The position numbers were made by a program, and so were the translations under genes. Under the pieces are notes generated by a model. The model had not been told where the DNA came from. It did not search any database and saw only the letters and a program-made list of their open reading frames with translations. A DNA stretch of 64,000 nt from Sedimenticolaceae bacterium (GTDB taxonomy: Bacteria; Pseudomonadota; Gammaproteobacteria; Chromatiales; Chromatiaceae), in contig JBNKKH010000035.1 in the NCBI GenBank assembly GCA_050291725.1, forward strand, positions 7,894 to 71,893, read 5' to 3'. Shown here in pieces: positions 1 to 8,746 of the stretch. Within the stretch, counting starts at the first letter, position 1; every line of letters begins with the position of its first letter.

Positions 1-1599
1 TTCGATATTGGCCATCCAGATGTTATGGACTTTATTCGTGCCAAACGTGAGGATGGACGCCTGCGACAGTTCAACCTATCACTGCTGATTACCGAAGAGT
101 TTGTTGAAGCAGTAAAAAAAGATGAGAAATGGGATCTGGCTTTCCCTCTCACTGAAAAAGAGCTTGAGACCGATGATATTAATCTTGAAGACAAGGAGCA
201 GGTGGTATGGCGTAACTGGCCACTAACCGATGGCTATGTCTCCAATAACAGCGGCGAAGTTGCTTGCAAAATCTACAAAACAATCCGCGCCCGTCGTCTG
301 TGGGATGTAATCATGTCCTCAACCTATGATTACGCTGAGCCAGGATTTATTCTCATCGACAAGGTAAATGAGATGAACAATAACTGGTTCTGCGAAGATG
401 TCAGAGCCACCAATCCTTGTGGTGAGCAGCCTCTTCCACCTTATGGGGCTTGCCTGCTCGGCTCAATCAATCTTACAAAGTTTGTGCGTAACCCGTTCAC
501 CTCTGAAGCTAGTTTTGACTGGGAGAACTTCCGCGAAGTTGTGAGAGTCTTTACCCGCATGCTGGATAATGTAGTAGAGATTAATGGGCTTCCGCTTGGT
601 CCACAGCAAGACGAAATTATGCACAAGCGTCGCCACGGCATGGGTTATTTAGGGCTCGGCTCGACCATAACTATGCTACGCATGAAATATGGCGAGCAGG
701 ACTCATTGGAATTTACCGAGCGCGTTACCAAAGAGCTAGCCCTTGAGGGTTGGCGTACTGGACTGGAACTGGCTGAAGAGAAAGGCCCTGCTCCAATCAT
801 GGAAGATGAGTTCATTGTTACACCAGAGATGCTAAGCAAGCGCTCCGAGATGTGCAAAGATGGTTGGAAAGTTGGTGACAAAATAAAAGGCAAAATACTA
901 CATGCCAAATACAGCCGCTATATGCAGCAGTTGGCACAAGAAGATCCAGAACTGGCAGAGAAGATCGCTGAAAAGGGTTGCCGTTTCACCCACCACAGCT
1001 CTATCGCACCCACTGGCACTATCTCTCTATCTTTAGCCAACAACGCAAGTAACGGCATAGAACCAAGCTTTGCGCATCACTACTCACGCAATGTGATACG
1101 TGAAGGCAAAAAGACCAAAGAGAAGATTGATGTATTCAGTCTTGAACTTCTGGCCTATCGCAATCGGATCAATCCAAAGGCCATGCCTTTTACTGACGAT
1201 GAAAGCGAAAAGTTGCCTGAGTATTTTATATCTGCAGATGAAGTGACTCCAAAGCAGCATGTAGACATCCAGGCTGCAGCTCAGAAATGGATAGACTCCT
1301 CCATCTCGAAGACAGCAAATGTACCCACAGACTTTCCATATGAAGAGTTTAAAGACATTTACATATATGCTTATGAAAAGGGTTTAAAAGGATGTACCAC
1401 ATTCCGTTTCAACCCAGAGGCATTCCAAGGAGTTTTGGTTAAGGAAAAAGACCTGGAGAACACCACCTATCAGTTTACCCTGGATGATGGCAGCACCATT
1501 GAGGTTAAGGGCAACGAAGAGATTGAATACGACGGTGAAGTGCACACTGCAGCCAACCTTTTTGATGCACTGAAAGAAGGTTACTACGGCAAATTCTAA
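1..1599 (+). CDS. nrdJa: Class II (adenosylcobalamin-dependent) ribonucleotide reductase, large polypeptide (NrdJa-like); 5' end lies upstream of the window
   Basis: Frame 1 is open from nt 1 (FDIGHPDVMDF...) to the TAA at 1597-1599. It contains the class II RNR active-site string ATNPCGEQPLPPYGACLLGSINL and SSIAPTGTISL. The NrdJb-like ORF follows 36 nt later. Confidence 0.88.
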   Translation, partial: FDIGHPDVMDFIRAKREDGRLRQFNLSLLITEEFVEAVKKDEKWDLAFPLTEKELETDDINLEDKEQVVWRNWPLTDGYVSNNSGEVACKIYKTIRARRLWDVIMSSTYDYAEPGFILIDKVNEMNNNWFCEDVRATNPCGEQPLPPYGACLLGSINLTKFVRNPFTSEASFDWENFREVVRVFTRMLDNVVEINGLPLGPQQDEIMHKRRHGMGYLGLGSTITMLRMKYGEQDSLEFTERVTKELALEGWRTGLELAEEKGPAPIMEDEFIVTPEMLSKRSEMCKDGWKVGDKIKGKILHAKYSRYMQQLAQEDPELAEKIAEKGCRFTHHSSIAPTGTISLSLANNASNGIEPSFAHHYSRNVIREGKKTKEKIDVFSLELLAYRNRINPKAMPFTDDESEKLPEYFISADEVTPKQHVDIQAAAQKWIDSSISKTANVPTDFPYEEFKDIYIYAYEKGLKGCTTFRFNPEAFQGVLVKEKDLENTTYQFTLDDGSTIEVKGNEEIEYDGEVHTAANLFDALKEGYYGKF

Positions 1600-1635
1600 C
1601 CACGCACATTTATTTACCTAGGCATTCATAGATGA

Positions 1636-2358
1636 ATGTCTAAACAAGAGGCAGAACCAATGGCTATTAAAATCGACAAACAGATTGTTGACTATTCAGT
1701 GGCAAAAAACGAAGAAGAGGTAGAATCCCCTTCAGTTGCGACTATAGAGCAAGAAGAGAGCAACATAATTCAGATGCATGAAAAGGTCGAAAGACCTGAG
1801 ATGCTGTTTGGCTCAACTTACAAGATAAAAACTCCCTTATCGGAACATGCTCTCTACGTAACCATAAACGACATAATATTGAATCAGGGAACCGAGCATG
1901 AGGTCCGACGTCCATTTGAGATCTTCATCAACTCGAAGAATATGGACCACTTTCAATGGATTGTGGCTCTAACCAAAATTATATCTGCAGTATTCCGTAA
2001 AGGTGGTGACGTAACCTTCCTAGTGGAAGAGCTACGCTCAGTATTTAATCCTAGTGGAGGTTACTTCAAAAAAGGCGGTAAATATATGCCTTCACTGGTT
2101 GCAGAAATTGGTGATGTTATCCACTGTCACCTAGTGATGATCGGTCTGTTAAAAGAGGATGGACCAGATGAACACCAGCAGAAGTTGATCAATCAGAAAC
2201 GCGCTGAATATAATGAATCAATTAATATGAAGGATGCAGAACACTGCAATGAATTTCCAGAAGGAGCTCAACTCTGCATGAAATGTAACACTAAGGCAAT
2301 GATACAGATGGATGGTTGCCTTACCTGTCTTAACTGTGGCGAATCTAAGTGCGGTTAA
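1636..2358 (+). CDS. nrdJb: Class II ribonucleotide reductase C-terminal polypeptide (NrdJb-like) with a Cys-rich tail
   Basis: 240-aa ORF directly after nrdJa. The core RPFEIFINSKNMDHFQWIVALTKIISAVFRKGGD resembles the C-terminal part of full-length NrdJ. The tail is CMKCNTKAMIQMDGCLTCLNCGESKCG. The split arrangement is known from Pseudomonas aeruginosa nrdJab. The start could instead be the ATG at 1660. Confidence 0.8.
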   Translation: MSKQEAEPMAIKIDKQIVDYSVAKNEEEVESPSVATIEQEESNIIQMHEKVERPEMLFGSTYKIKTPLSEHALYVTINDIILNQGTEHEVRRPFEIFINSKNMDHFQWIVALTKIISAVFRKGGDVTFLVEELRSVFNPSGGYFKKGGKYMPSLVAEIGDVIHCHLVMIGLLKEDGPDEHQQKLINQKRAEYNESINMKDAEHCNEFPEGAQLCMKCNTKAMIQMDGCLTCLNCGESKCG

Positions 2359-2388
2359 AAGTTTACTAAAGACCTTAAGTTAACATTT

Positions 2389-2422
2389 AAAGGGTCGTCC
2401 TTGGGCGATCCTTTTCTGTTTT
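2389..2422 (+). terminator. Rho-independent terminator candidate after nrdJb
   Basis: AAAGGGTCG / CGATCCTTT stem (one G-T wobble) with an 8-nt loop, followed by TTTTCTGTTTT. Confidence 0.45.
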
Positions 2423-2543
2423 ATCCTAATGGCATCGGTTCAAATATAGATATATATTGAAATTGGAACCCTTTTGTCATCAACAGGACCAATGTACTAT
2501 CAGAAATATGAGTGTTTTCGCTTAATCGAAATGGGAATCCAAA

Positions 2544-3218
2544 ATGAATGTCATTCAGTTTATCAGGGAAAAAACCGAGAATATTCAACAAAATAACGCA
2601 GATTTTATCGCTAAACTTGAGCCTAAGTTCCGCAACCTGTCGCACCTGCTAAATGATAAAATAAGCAATACTCTCAACAATCCTTGGATATCAAGATTTA
2701 ATCCGTTTGAGGATGATACTGAGAATAACGAACAGGATTCAGTTGTTTCACTAGCCGCAGAAAACACCTATAGGGAGCTCCAGAATAAACTTGGACAGGA
2801 GATATTTCAGGGTGAATGGCTCACTGTAAACCAGGAGTGTATAAATAAATTTGCTGATATCACAGGTGATAATCAGTGGATTCATACCGACCCGGAACGC
2901 GCAGAAACGGAATCACCCTTTAAATCTACCATTGCTCACGGATTTCTAACTCTGGCGCTGATACCCTCACTTACAGAGACGGTTGATCCTGAAAACAACC
3001 CATATCCGGAAGCTAAAATGGTGGTAAATTATGGACTCAACCGGGTCCGCTTTCCCTTCCCAGTAAAAGCTGGATCCAGAGTACGCGCTAGAAAAAAACT
3101 TGTAAGCGTTACTCCTATGAAGCGCAGTATTGAGGTAGTAAATGAGGTTAGCATAGAGGTGGAGAACCGCGTCCGTCCTGCTTGTGTTGCCGAGACAGTG
3201 TTAAGGCTATATTTTTAG
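2544..3218 (+). CDS. MaoC-like (R)-specific enoyl-CoA hydratase/dehydratase, hotdog fold
   Basis: Motif FADITGDNQWIHTDPERA...STIAHGFLTLALIPSL is typical of MaoC/NodN dehydratases. About 70 aa of N-terminal extension are unassigned, so the start is uncertain. Confidence 0.72.
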   Translation: MNVIQFIREKTENIQQNNADFIAKLEPKFRNLSHLLNDKISNTLNNPWISRFNPFEDDTENNEQDSVVSLAAENTYRELQNKLGQEIFQGEWLTVNQECINKFADITGDNQWIHTDPERAETESPFKSTIAHGFLTLALIPSLTETVDPENNPYPEAKMVVNYGLNRVRFPFPVKAGSRVRARKKLVSVTPMKRSIEVVNEVSIEVENRVRPACVAETVLRLYF

Positions 3219-3234
3219 GACAAATTGAACTTAA

Positions 3235-3687
3235 TCACTCCTGTTTAATAAAAGCAGAGTAATTGCCGGTAAAGACCACTGCAACTCCATCCTCTGTATC
3301 TATCTCTGCTTTCAGTTCAATTCTGGCCTTTTCTCCATTGTTTAAACTATGAATTAATTTTGTGACTGAGCCATCCTTAGGTAACCTACAGCGCGCTTTT
3401 ATATCGCCTTTGACTGGCATTAAATATACAATATCTGCCTTCCCTAACACACAGTGTGCATCAATAGCCTCTTGTTCAAACCGAAGATGCAGCATCCCCC
3501 AGCAGGTAATAGCACAGATACTATAGAGGCTTCCACCAAATGCGGTTCCATGGATATTTATATTTGGTTCTAAATCGGCGTGTAGCAGAAGCTCATTCTC
3601 ATCATGCCCCTCTACCCGCAAACCCATCTGCTCGGTAAGTGGAACTTCGGTATGCAAAGTGCGTTCAAGCGTCTTTATTGTATTCAT
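3235..3687 (-). CDS. Hotdog-fold thioesterase, YiiD C-terminal-domain-like
   Basis: VPLTEQMGLRV...NIHGTAFGGSLYSICAITCWGMLHL matches my memory of the YiiD_Cterm/PaaI-like thioesterase family. The ORF extends to 3747, but the ATG at 3687 (MNTIKTLE...) gives the typical ~150-aa length. Confidence 0.62.
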   Translation of the reverse strand: MNTIKTLERTLHTEVPLTEQMGLRVEGHDENELLLHADLEPNINIHGTAFGGSLYSICAITCWGMLHLRFEQEAIDAHCVLGKADIVYLMPVKGDIKARCRLPKDGSVTKLIHSLNNGEKARIELKAEIDTEDGVAVVFTGNYSAFIKQE

Positions 3688-3821
3688 ATTATACTCATGT
3701 CGGCCATTTTTATGTGGTTTTACAGGGCAGTTTACAGTTAAAATCACACGCTTGTCATAATAACAATCTTACATTTTTCATAAATATATACGACTTATTA
3801 AGGAATTATTAGATATACCTC

Positions 3822-4529
3822 ATGCTGCTCAACAAATATTACTCTGAATCAGACACAGGCATCCAATTTACCCGAGAACAGGCAAGTAACTTTGCCAAAT
3901 TCGTAGCCGGTGACTTTAATCCACTGCATGATCCCGATAACAAGATGTTTTGTGTTCCGGGAGATTTGCTGTTTTCTGTAGCCCTTAGTAAATTGGGTCT
4001 AAGCAAACAGATGAAATTCACCTTTTCCGGCATGGTAAACGATGAGATTAGCATCGAATTTAATAATTCCAGTGGTGACTCTGTTGATGTAGTAGATAAA
4101 GAAGGAAAATCCTATCTATCTATCACCAGGTCTGGCGACAGTTCTCAAAATGAAACCGCTATAACCAGCCTGGCCAAAGGGTATGTTGAATTTTCTGGTA
4201 AAACATTTCCTCATATATTAGTACCACTTATGCAGGAAAAAGGCCTAATGATAAATCCAGCTCGTCCGCTAGTTATCTATGAAAGCATGGAAATTGACCT
4301 GGATAGTCTTGAAATAACCTGTCCTAAACTTGATATTACCGAGACCTCTTTTGAGGTTAATGGCAAAAAGGGACGCGTCAAACTCGGATTCAGTCTGACG
4401 CAAGAAGGAACTATTATAGGTAGTGGCATAAAATATATGTCCTTACGCGGCTTGAAACCATTTGTACAAGAACAGGTCGACACAATTGTAGATGATTATC
4501 TTTCACGTAAAGAATTACTTACATCTTAA
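3822..4529 (+). CDS. Hotdog-like protein with MaoC-type GDFNPLH motif (possibly DUF3581 family)
   Basis: 235-aa ORF with the N-terminal string FAKFVAGDFNPLHDPD. The DUF3581 assignment is from memory only. Confidence 0.5.
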   Translation: MLLNKYYSESDTGIQFTREQASNFAKFVAGDFNPLHDPDNKMFCVPGDLLFSVALSKLGLSKQMKFTFSGMVNDEISIEFNNSSGDSVDVVDKEGKSYLSITRSGDSSQNETAITSLAKGYVEFSGKTFPHILVPLMQEKGLMINPARPLVIYESMEIDLDSLEITCPKLDITETSFEVNGKKGRVKLGFSLTQEGTIIGSGIKYMSLRGLKPFVQEQVDTIVDDYLSRKELLTS

Positions 4530-4639
4530 GCGTTAGTTTCTGAAATTTGTGTATATTGATTAGCAACCTGTCTACTACTACAGTTAGGAAGCTATCTTGT
4601 TATTGATCCATTAGGTGAGGAGTAACCACCAAAACAACA

Positions 4640-5218
4640 ATGGAAAATCTGTTTGAAATTGGTTTGGAGAAACTCCTAGTTGCCCGCAAAAACGGGGATG
4701 AACTGGTACTTGGCTACCTTGATGCCAACGACAAAAATCTTGGATTCTGCCCCCAGTTTCAAAATGTACGTCTGGATGGACCTATATCACCTATAGGAGT
4801 GCTTTCAAGCCCACTACCCACCGACTGTTGGGATACTCTTACCTTCTATGGCGGGGCATATATACCCCAAACGATACCATCTAAAATTAGCGCACAGCTA
4901 AAAAACATAATAAATGATGACAATGTGTCTCTATGGAAAATGAAAAGCTCATACTATAGAGCATATGAATTCCTACTTAGTATAGGGATTACTCCAATTA
5001 TTATAGATAAATGGTCTGATATTCAGGTTCCTGAAAGAAATGGAAGCTTACACAACTTACGCGGCCCAATTGTTTCTAACTTACCGTTATTAAATAAAAA
5101 AAATGATGTCCATCTGTATCTGCAAAACAAGATCAGAGAGGAAATAGAGACAATTAGGGTAAAAGAGAAACAGTTTTCTGAGGAAGAGATCCTAGAACTA
5201 TTCAAAGATTATCTCTAA
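4640..5218 (+). CDS. Hypothetical protein (192 aa), no recognisable motif
   Basis: Clean ORF in an AT-rich stretch, preceded by GGTGAGGAG at a suitable distance. I could not assign any family. Confidence 0.5.
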   Translation: MENLFEIGLEKLLVARKNGDELVLGYLDANDKNLGFCPQFQNVRLDGPISPIGVLSSPLPTDCWDTLTFYGGAYIPQTIPSKISAQLKNIINDDNVSLWKMKSSYYRAYEFLLSIGITPIIIDKWSDIQVPERNGSLHNLRGPIVSNLPLLNKKNDVHLYLQNKIREEIETIRVKEKQFSEEEILELFKDYL

Positions 5219-5257
5219 GATAATACCTATACTTTGTGCTTAGTATGAGAGAGCAAT

Positions 5258-6295
5258 ATGGATCTTGATCTGAATAAATTCCGCACACTAATCCCCATTC
5301 ATGCGCTGTATGAGAATAATCTCATGCTTCTGGCCAAACAATCTGAGACAAGAAAACTTGAAAAAGGTGACATTGTTTTCAGACAAGGTGATGAAGACCA
5401 GGATTCTGTTTTCTTGTTAGCAGGAACGATCGAACTCATTTCTGCAGCAAATGAAGAGAAGAAAATCGTTGCTGGATCAAATGAGGCCAGTTACGCCTTA
5501 GCTGCAGACATACCCCGAAAATATGATGCTATCGTAACCTCTGATACTGCAAGTGTGGTCTGGGTAAATAGAGTGTTACTTGATCGCCTATTGGCATGGG
5601 GAGAGTCAACAATACAAGATGAGGAAGAGGCAGATAGCGACAGAGCTCATTCTGAGCTTGATAGCGAATGGATGATGGCTATGTTGCAAACGGATACTTT
5701 CCAAAAACTCCCATCGCAAAATATACAGAACCTTTTCTCTAGAATGGAGGAGATTAAAGTAAAAAAAGGCGATGTTATCGTAAGTTATGGAGAGGAAGGT
5801 GGTTATTATTACATGGTAAAGATGGGACGCTGTCAGGTAAGCCGTCCAACATCTGATGGTCGTGAAGATATCTTGGCCGAGATTGGACGAGGCAGCAGTT
5901 TTGGCGAAGAGTCTTTAATCTCGGATGCTCCGCGCAATGCAACTATTACCATGCTGTCTGATGGAATACTTATGCGTCTCGCCAAGCAGGACTTTATCGA
6001 ACTTTACAACCAACCAATTCAAAACTTGATAAGTTTTGATGAAGCCAACAATATGGTTTCTGCTGGTGCATGTATGCTAGATGTCCGCCTGGAGAGCGAG
6101 TACCAAAACTCATATATTGATGGTGCTATTAGCCTTCCTCTCAGTGACATTAGAGATCAAGGTCCTAAGCTTGACCGAGAAAGAAAATACATAGTTTATT
6201 GTGACACCGGACAACGTAGCTCAACTGCTGCATTTATTCTTAGTGAAATGGGTCTGGATGTATATGTGATAGAAGGTGGTGTTTCCAGCAACTAG
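5258..6295 (+). CDS. Protein with two cyclic-nucleotide-binding domains and a C-terminal rhodanese domain
   Basis: Two cNMP-binding-like segments (GDIVFRQGDEDQDSVFLLAG...; GDVIVSYGEEGGYYYMVKMG...FGEESLISDAPRNATITM). The C-terminal rhodanese has active-site loop YCDTGQRSS. Confidence 0.8.
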   Translation: MDLDLNKFRTLIPIHALYENNLMLLAKQSETRKLEKGDIVFRQGDEDQDSVFLLAGTIELISAANEEKKIVAGSNEASYALAADIPRKYDAIVTSDTASVVWVNRVLLDRLLAWGESTIQDEEEADSDRAHSELDSEWMMAMLQTDTFQKLPSQNIQNLFSRMEEIKVKKGDVIVSYGEEGGYYYMVKMGRCQVSRPTSDGREDILAEIGRGSSFGEESLISDAPRNATITMLSDGILMRLAKQDFIELYNQPIQNLISFDEANNMVSAGACMLDVRLESEYQNSYIDGAISLPLSDIRDQGPKLDRERKYIVYCDTGQRSSTAAFILSEMGLDVYVIEGGVSSN

Positions 6296-6296
6296 G

Positions 6297-7628
6297 CTAG
6301 ATATTTCTATCCCAGCGCACTGTGAGCGCATCATTTGATACAGAGCTAGTAGCTAATCCAGTGCAGATCCATATATCACCTACAGCTGCCAATTTTCCAT
6401 CGATATTTACCAATGGAATCCTATCCCTCTCCCACGGAGGTATACCATGCTCTTGAAACAGATTCTTTAGGCTTTTACTGCCATCCCTACCGATTGGCTT
6501 GCAGCGTTCGCCACCGCTACGAAAAGTTACTGTTATCCCTCCCCGCTTCCAGCTGTCGATTGGAATGCCATGTTCAGACTTTTCAATAGATAAGGTTCCG
6601 AGCCCTGATGGTAGGGTTAATTCTGATATGCCATCCCACTCCAGCTCAATATTACTATGCATCGGTTCTAGGGCTGACATAACAAACAGTCGGTCACGAT
6701 ATCTGCGCATCTCAACCCCAGGCCACTCAACTACAGGGTTTCTATCCTCTCTTGCGGTCAACATCTCTAACAGCACTCTGTCGAGACGTGTGGTGTCTGG
6801 CAGTTGCAAGCCAGCATCTTTTACCCAGGTGCGGATTACCGCTCTGGCACGCGGAGGAGGTAAAACAGATAGCGCATCAATACTTATACTGTAATCTGTA
6901 TCGATATCTGCTTTTTCTAAATCGACTCTAGCTGCATTGTTTATCAACTGCTGAGCTTCGGCACAGTGGCTGGCACTACGGGATATGGTTTTATCCAGTG
7001 ATGGCCAGCGTTCCTTTAACAGCGGGATAATCTTCTGTCTTAGAAAATTTCTATCGAAAGATATGTCGCTGTTGCTGAAGTCCTCAACCCACTTAAGCTG
7101 GTATTGATGTGCGTATTCAGTTAGATCGGCGCGGGAGTATGCAATTAACGGCCTGGCGTGAAAGCCTGGTCCAAAGCCGTTTATCATCGGCATGGCCGCG
7201 AGCCCACTTGGCCCACTTCCCCGCAGTAGTTGCAGCAGAACCGTCTCGGCCTGATCATCACTATGATGGGCAGTGAGCAGGATATCTCCATCTTGCATAA
7301 GCTCTGATATAGCCTGATAGCGCATTGTGCGGGCAGCAGCTTCCGGACTTTCGCCCTTCTCACTGCTGGCATCTATCTCTAGCACATTAATTGGGATACT
7401 GTTTTCCCTACAGAATTTGCTGCACTGCTCTGCCCACTGTTGGGCAAGGGACTGGAGGCCATGATTGACGTGAACAGCGTGGATTTCAGCGGATAGTTCG
7501 TCACGAATAGCAATCAGCCCATGCAGAAGCACATGAGAATCCATGCCTCCGCTATAGGCTACCAGCAGACGTCTACAGGATGGTAGGTCAGAGATTGTTT
7601 GCAGTAGCTGACCTGGGTGAAAAGCCAT
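6297..7628 (-). CDS. tilS: tRNA(Ile)-lysidine synthase
   Basis: PP-loop LVAYSGGMDSHVLLH and HHSDDQAETVLLQLLRG. It sits next to accA, as in many Gammaproteobacteria. Confidence 0.9.
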   Translation of the reverse strand: MAFHPGQLLQTISDLPSCRRLLVAYSGGMDSHVLLHGLIAIRDELSAEIHAVHVNHGLQSLAQQWAEQCSKFCRENSIPINVLEIDASSEKGESPEAAARTMRYQAISELMQDGDILLTAHHSDDQAETVLLQLLRGSGPSGLAAMPMINGFGPGFHARPLIAYSRADLTEYAHQYQLKWVEDFSNSDISFDRNFLRQKIIPLLKERWPSLDKTISRSASHCAEAQQLINNAARVDLEKADIDTDYSISIDALSVLPPPRARAVIRTWVKDAGLQLPDTTRLDRVLLEMLTAREDRNPVVEWPGVEMRRYRDRLFVMSALEPMHSNIELEWDGISELTLPSGLGTLSIEKSEHGIPIDSWKRGGITVTFRSGGERCKPIGRDGSKSLKNLFQEHGIPPWERDRIPLVNIDGKLAAVGDIWICTGLATSSVSNDALTVRWDRNI

Positions 7629-7636
7629 ATGGGGCT

Positions 7637-8593
7637 CTACCCGCTAAATCTACCGTACTGCATTAACCGTTGATAACGCTGCTCTAACAGAGTATCGATC
7701 GGAATTCTGGAGATGCTATCCAGGGTCTCTATCAGGCTCTGTTTAACGTTATTAATGGTTGTGGGTATATCCCTATGCGAACCACCCAGTGGCTCGTCAA
7801 TGATACCGTCAATTAGCTCCAGCTTTTTCAGATTTTGCGACGTAATGGCCATGGCTTCAGCGGCCAAAGATGCTTTCTCTGCGCTTTTCCATAGAATTGA
7901 AGCACACCCTTCTGGCGAAATAACTGAATAGGTACTGTATTGCATCATCAGAATACGATCACCTACACCTATTGCCAAAGCACCACCAGAGCCACCCTCA
8001 CCCATTACAGTACAGATAATTGGGATCTTGAGACCAGACATCACCTTAAGATTGCGCGCAATGGCCTCGCTCTGACCACGCTCTTCCGCCCCAACTCCTG
8101 GATATGCCCCTGGGGTATCGATAAAGGTTAAAAGCGGCATCTTGAAGCGCTCAGCCATCTCCATAAGACGCAAAGCCTTGCGGTAGCCTTCTGGACGCGG
8201 CATACCAAAGTTACGATGCAGCTTATCTTTGGTATTCCGCCCCTTCTGATGACCAATCAGCATAACTGGCTTACCTTCCAAACGAGCCACACCTCCAATA
8301 ATTGCATGGTCATCTGCATAGGCTCGATCACCATGCAGCTCCTGAAACTCATCGAAAGCACCGTCTATGTAATCCTGCATGTAAGGACGCTGAGGATGAC
8401 GCGCTAATTGGGAAATCTGCCAAGGCGTAAGGTTGGAAAAGATAGATTCGGTTAGAGATTTACTCTTCTTCTCTAGCCGTTGAATCTCATCTTGGATGTT
8501 TATTTCATTATCATCGCCGACCAGACGTAGCTCTTCGATCTTGGCTTGCAGTTCAGCAATAGGTTGTTCAAATTCAAGGAAATTCATGTCCAT
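7637..8593 (-). CDS. accA: Acetyl-CoA carboxylase carboxyltransferase alpha subunit
   Basis: 318 aa; [17 protein letters not shown]...[23 protein letters not shown]; dnaE-accA synteny. Confidence 0.95.
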   Translation of the reverse strand: MDMNFLEFEQPIAELQAKIEELRLVGDDNEINIQDEIQRLEKKSKSLTESIFSNLTPWQISQLARHPQRPYMQDYIDGAFDEFQELHGDRAYADDHAIIGGVARLEGKPVMLIGHQKGRNTKDKLHRNFGMPRPEGYRKALRLMEMAERFKMPLLTFIDTPGAYPGVGAEERGQSEAIARNLKVMSGLKIPIICTVMGEGGSGGALAIGVGDRILMMQYSTYSVISPEGCASILWKSAEKASLAAEAMAITSQNLKKLELIDGIIDEPLGGSHRDIPTTINNVKQSLIETLDSISRIPIDTLLEQRYQRLMQYGRFSG

Positions 8594-8746
8594 GGGCGAA
8601 AATATACCGGATTCAGTCTAGGAATGACACAGTTGCTTGCCTGTGAGTAAAAAATATTAATAATACTTGTATTATCAATTAGTTAACAACTTTATAGTTT
8701 ATTAGTATATAGGAGGATAAGCCACTTTTTGCTTCACTGCATCTAT

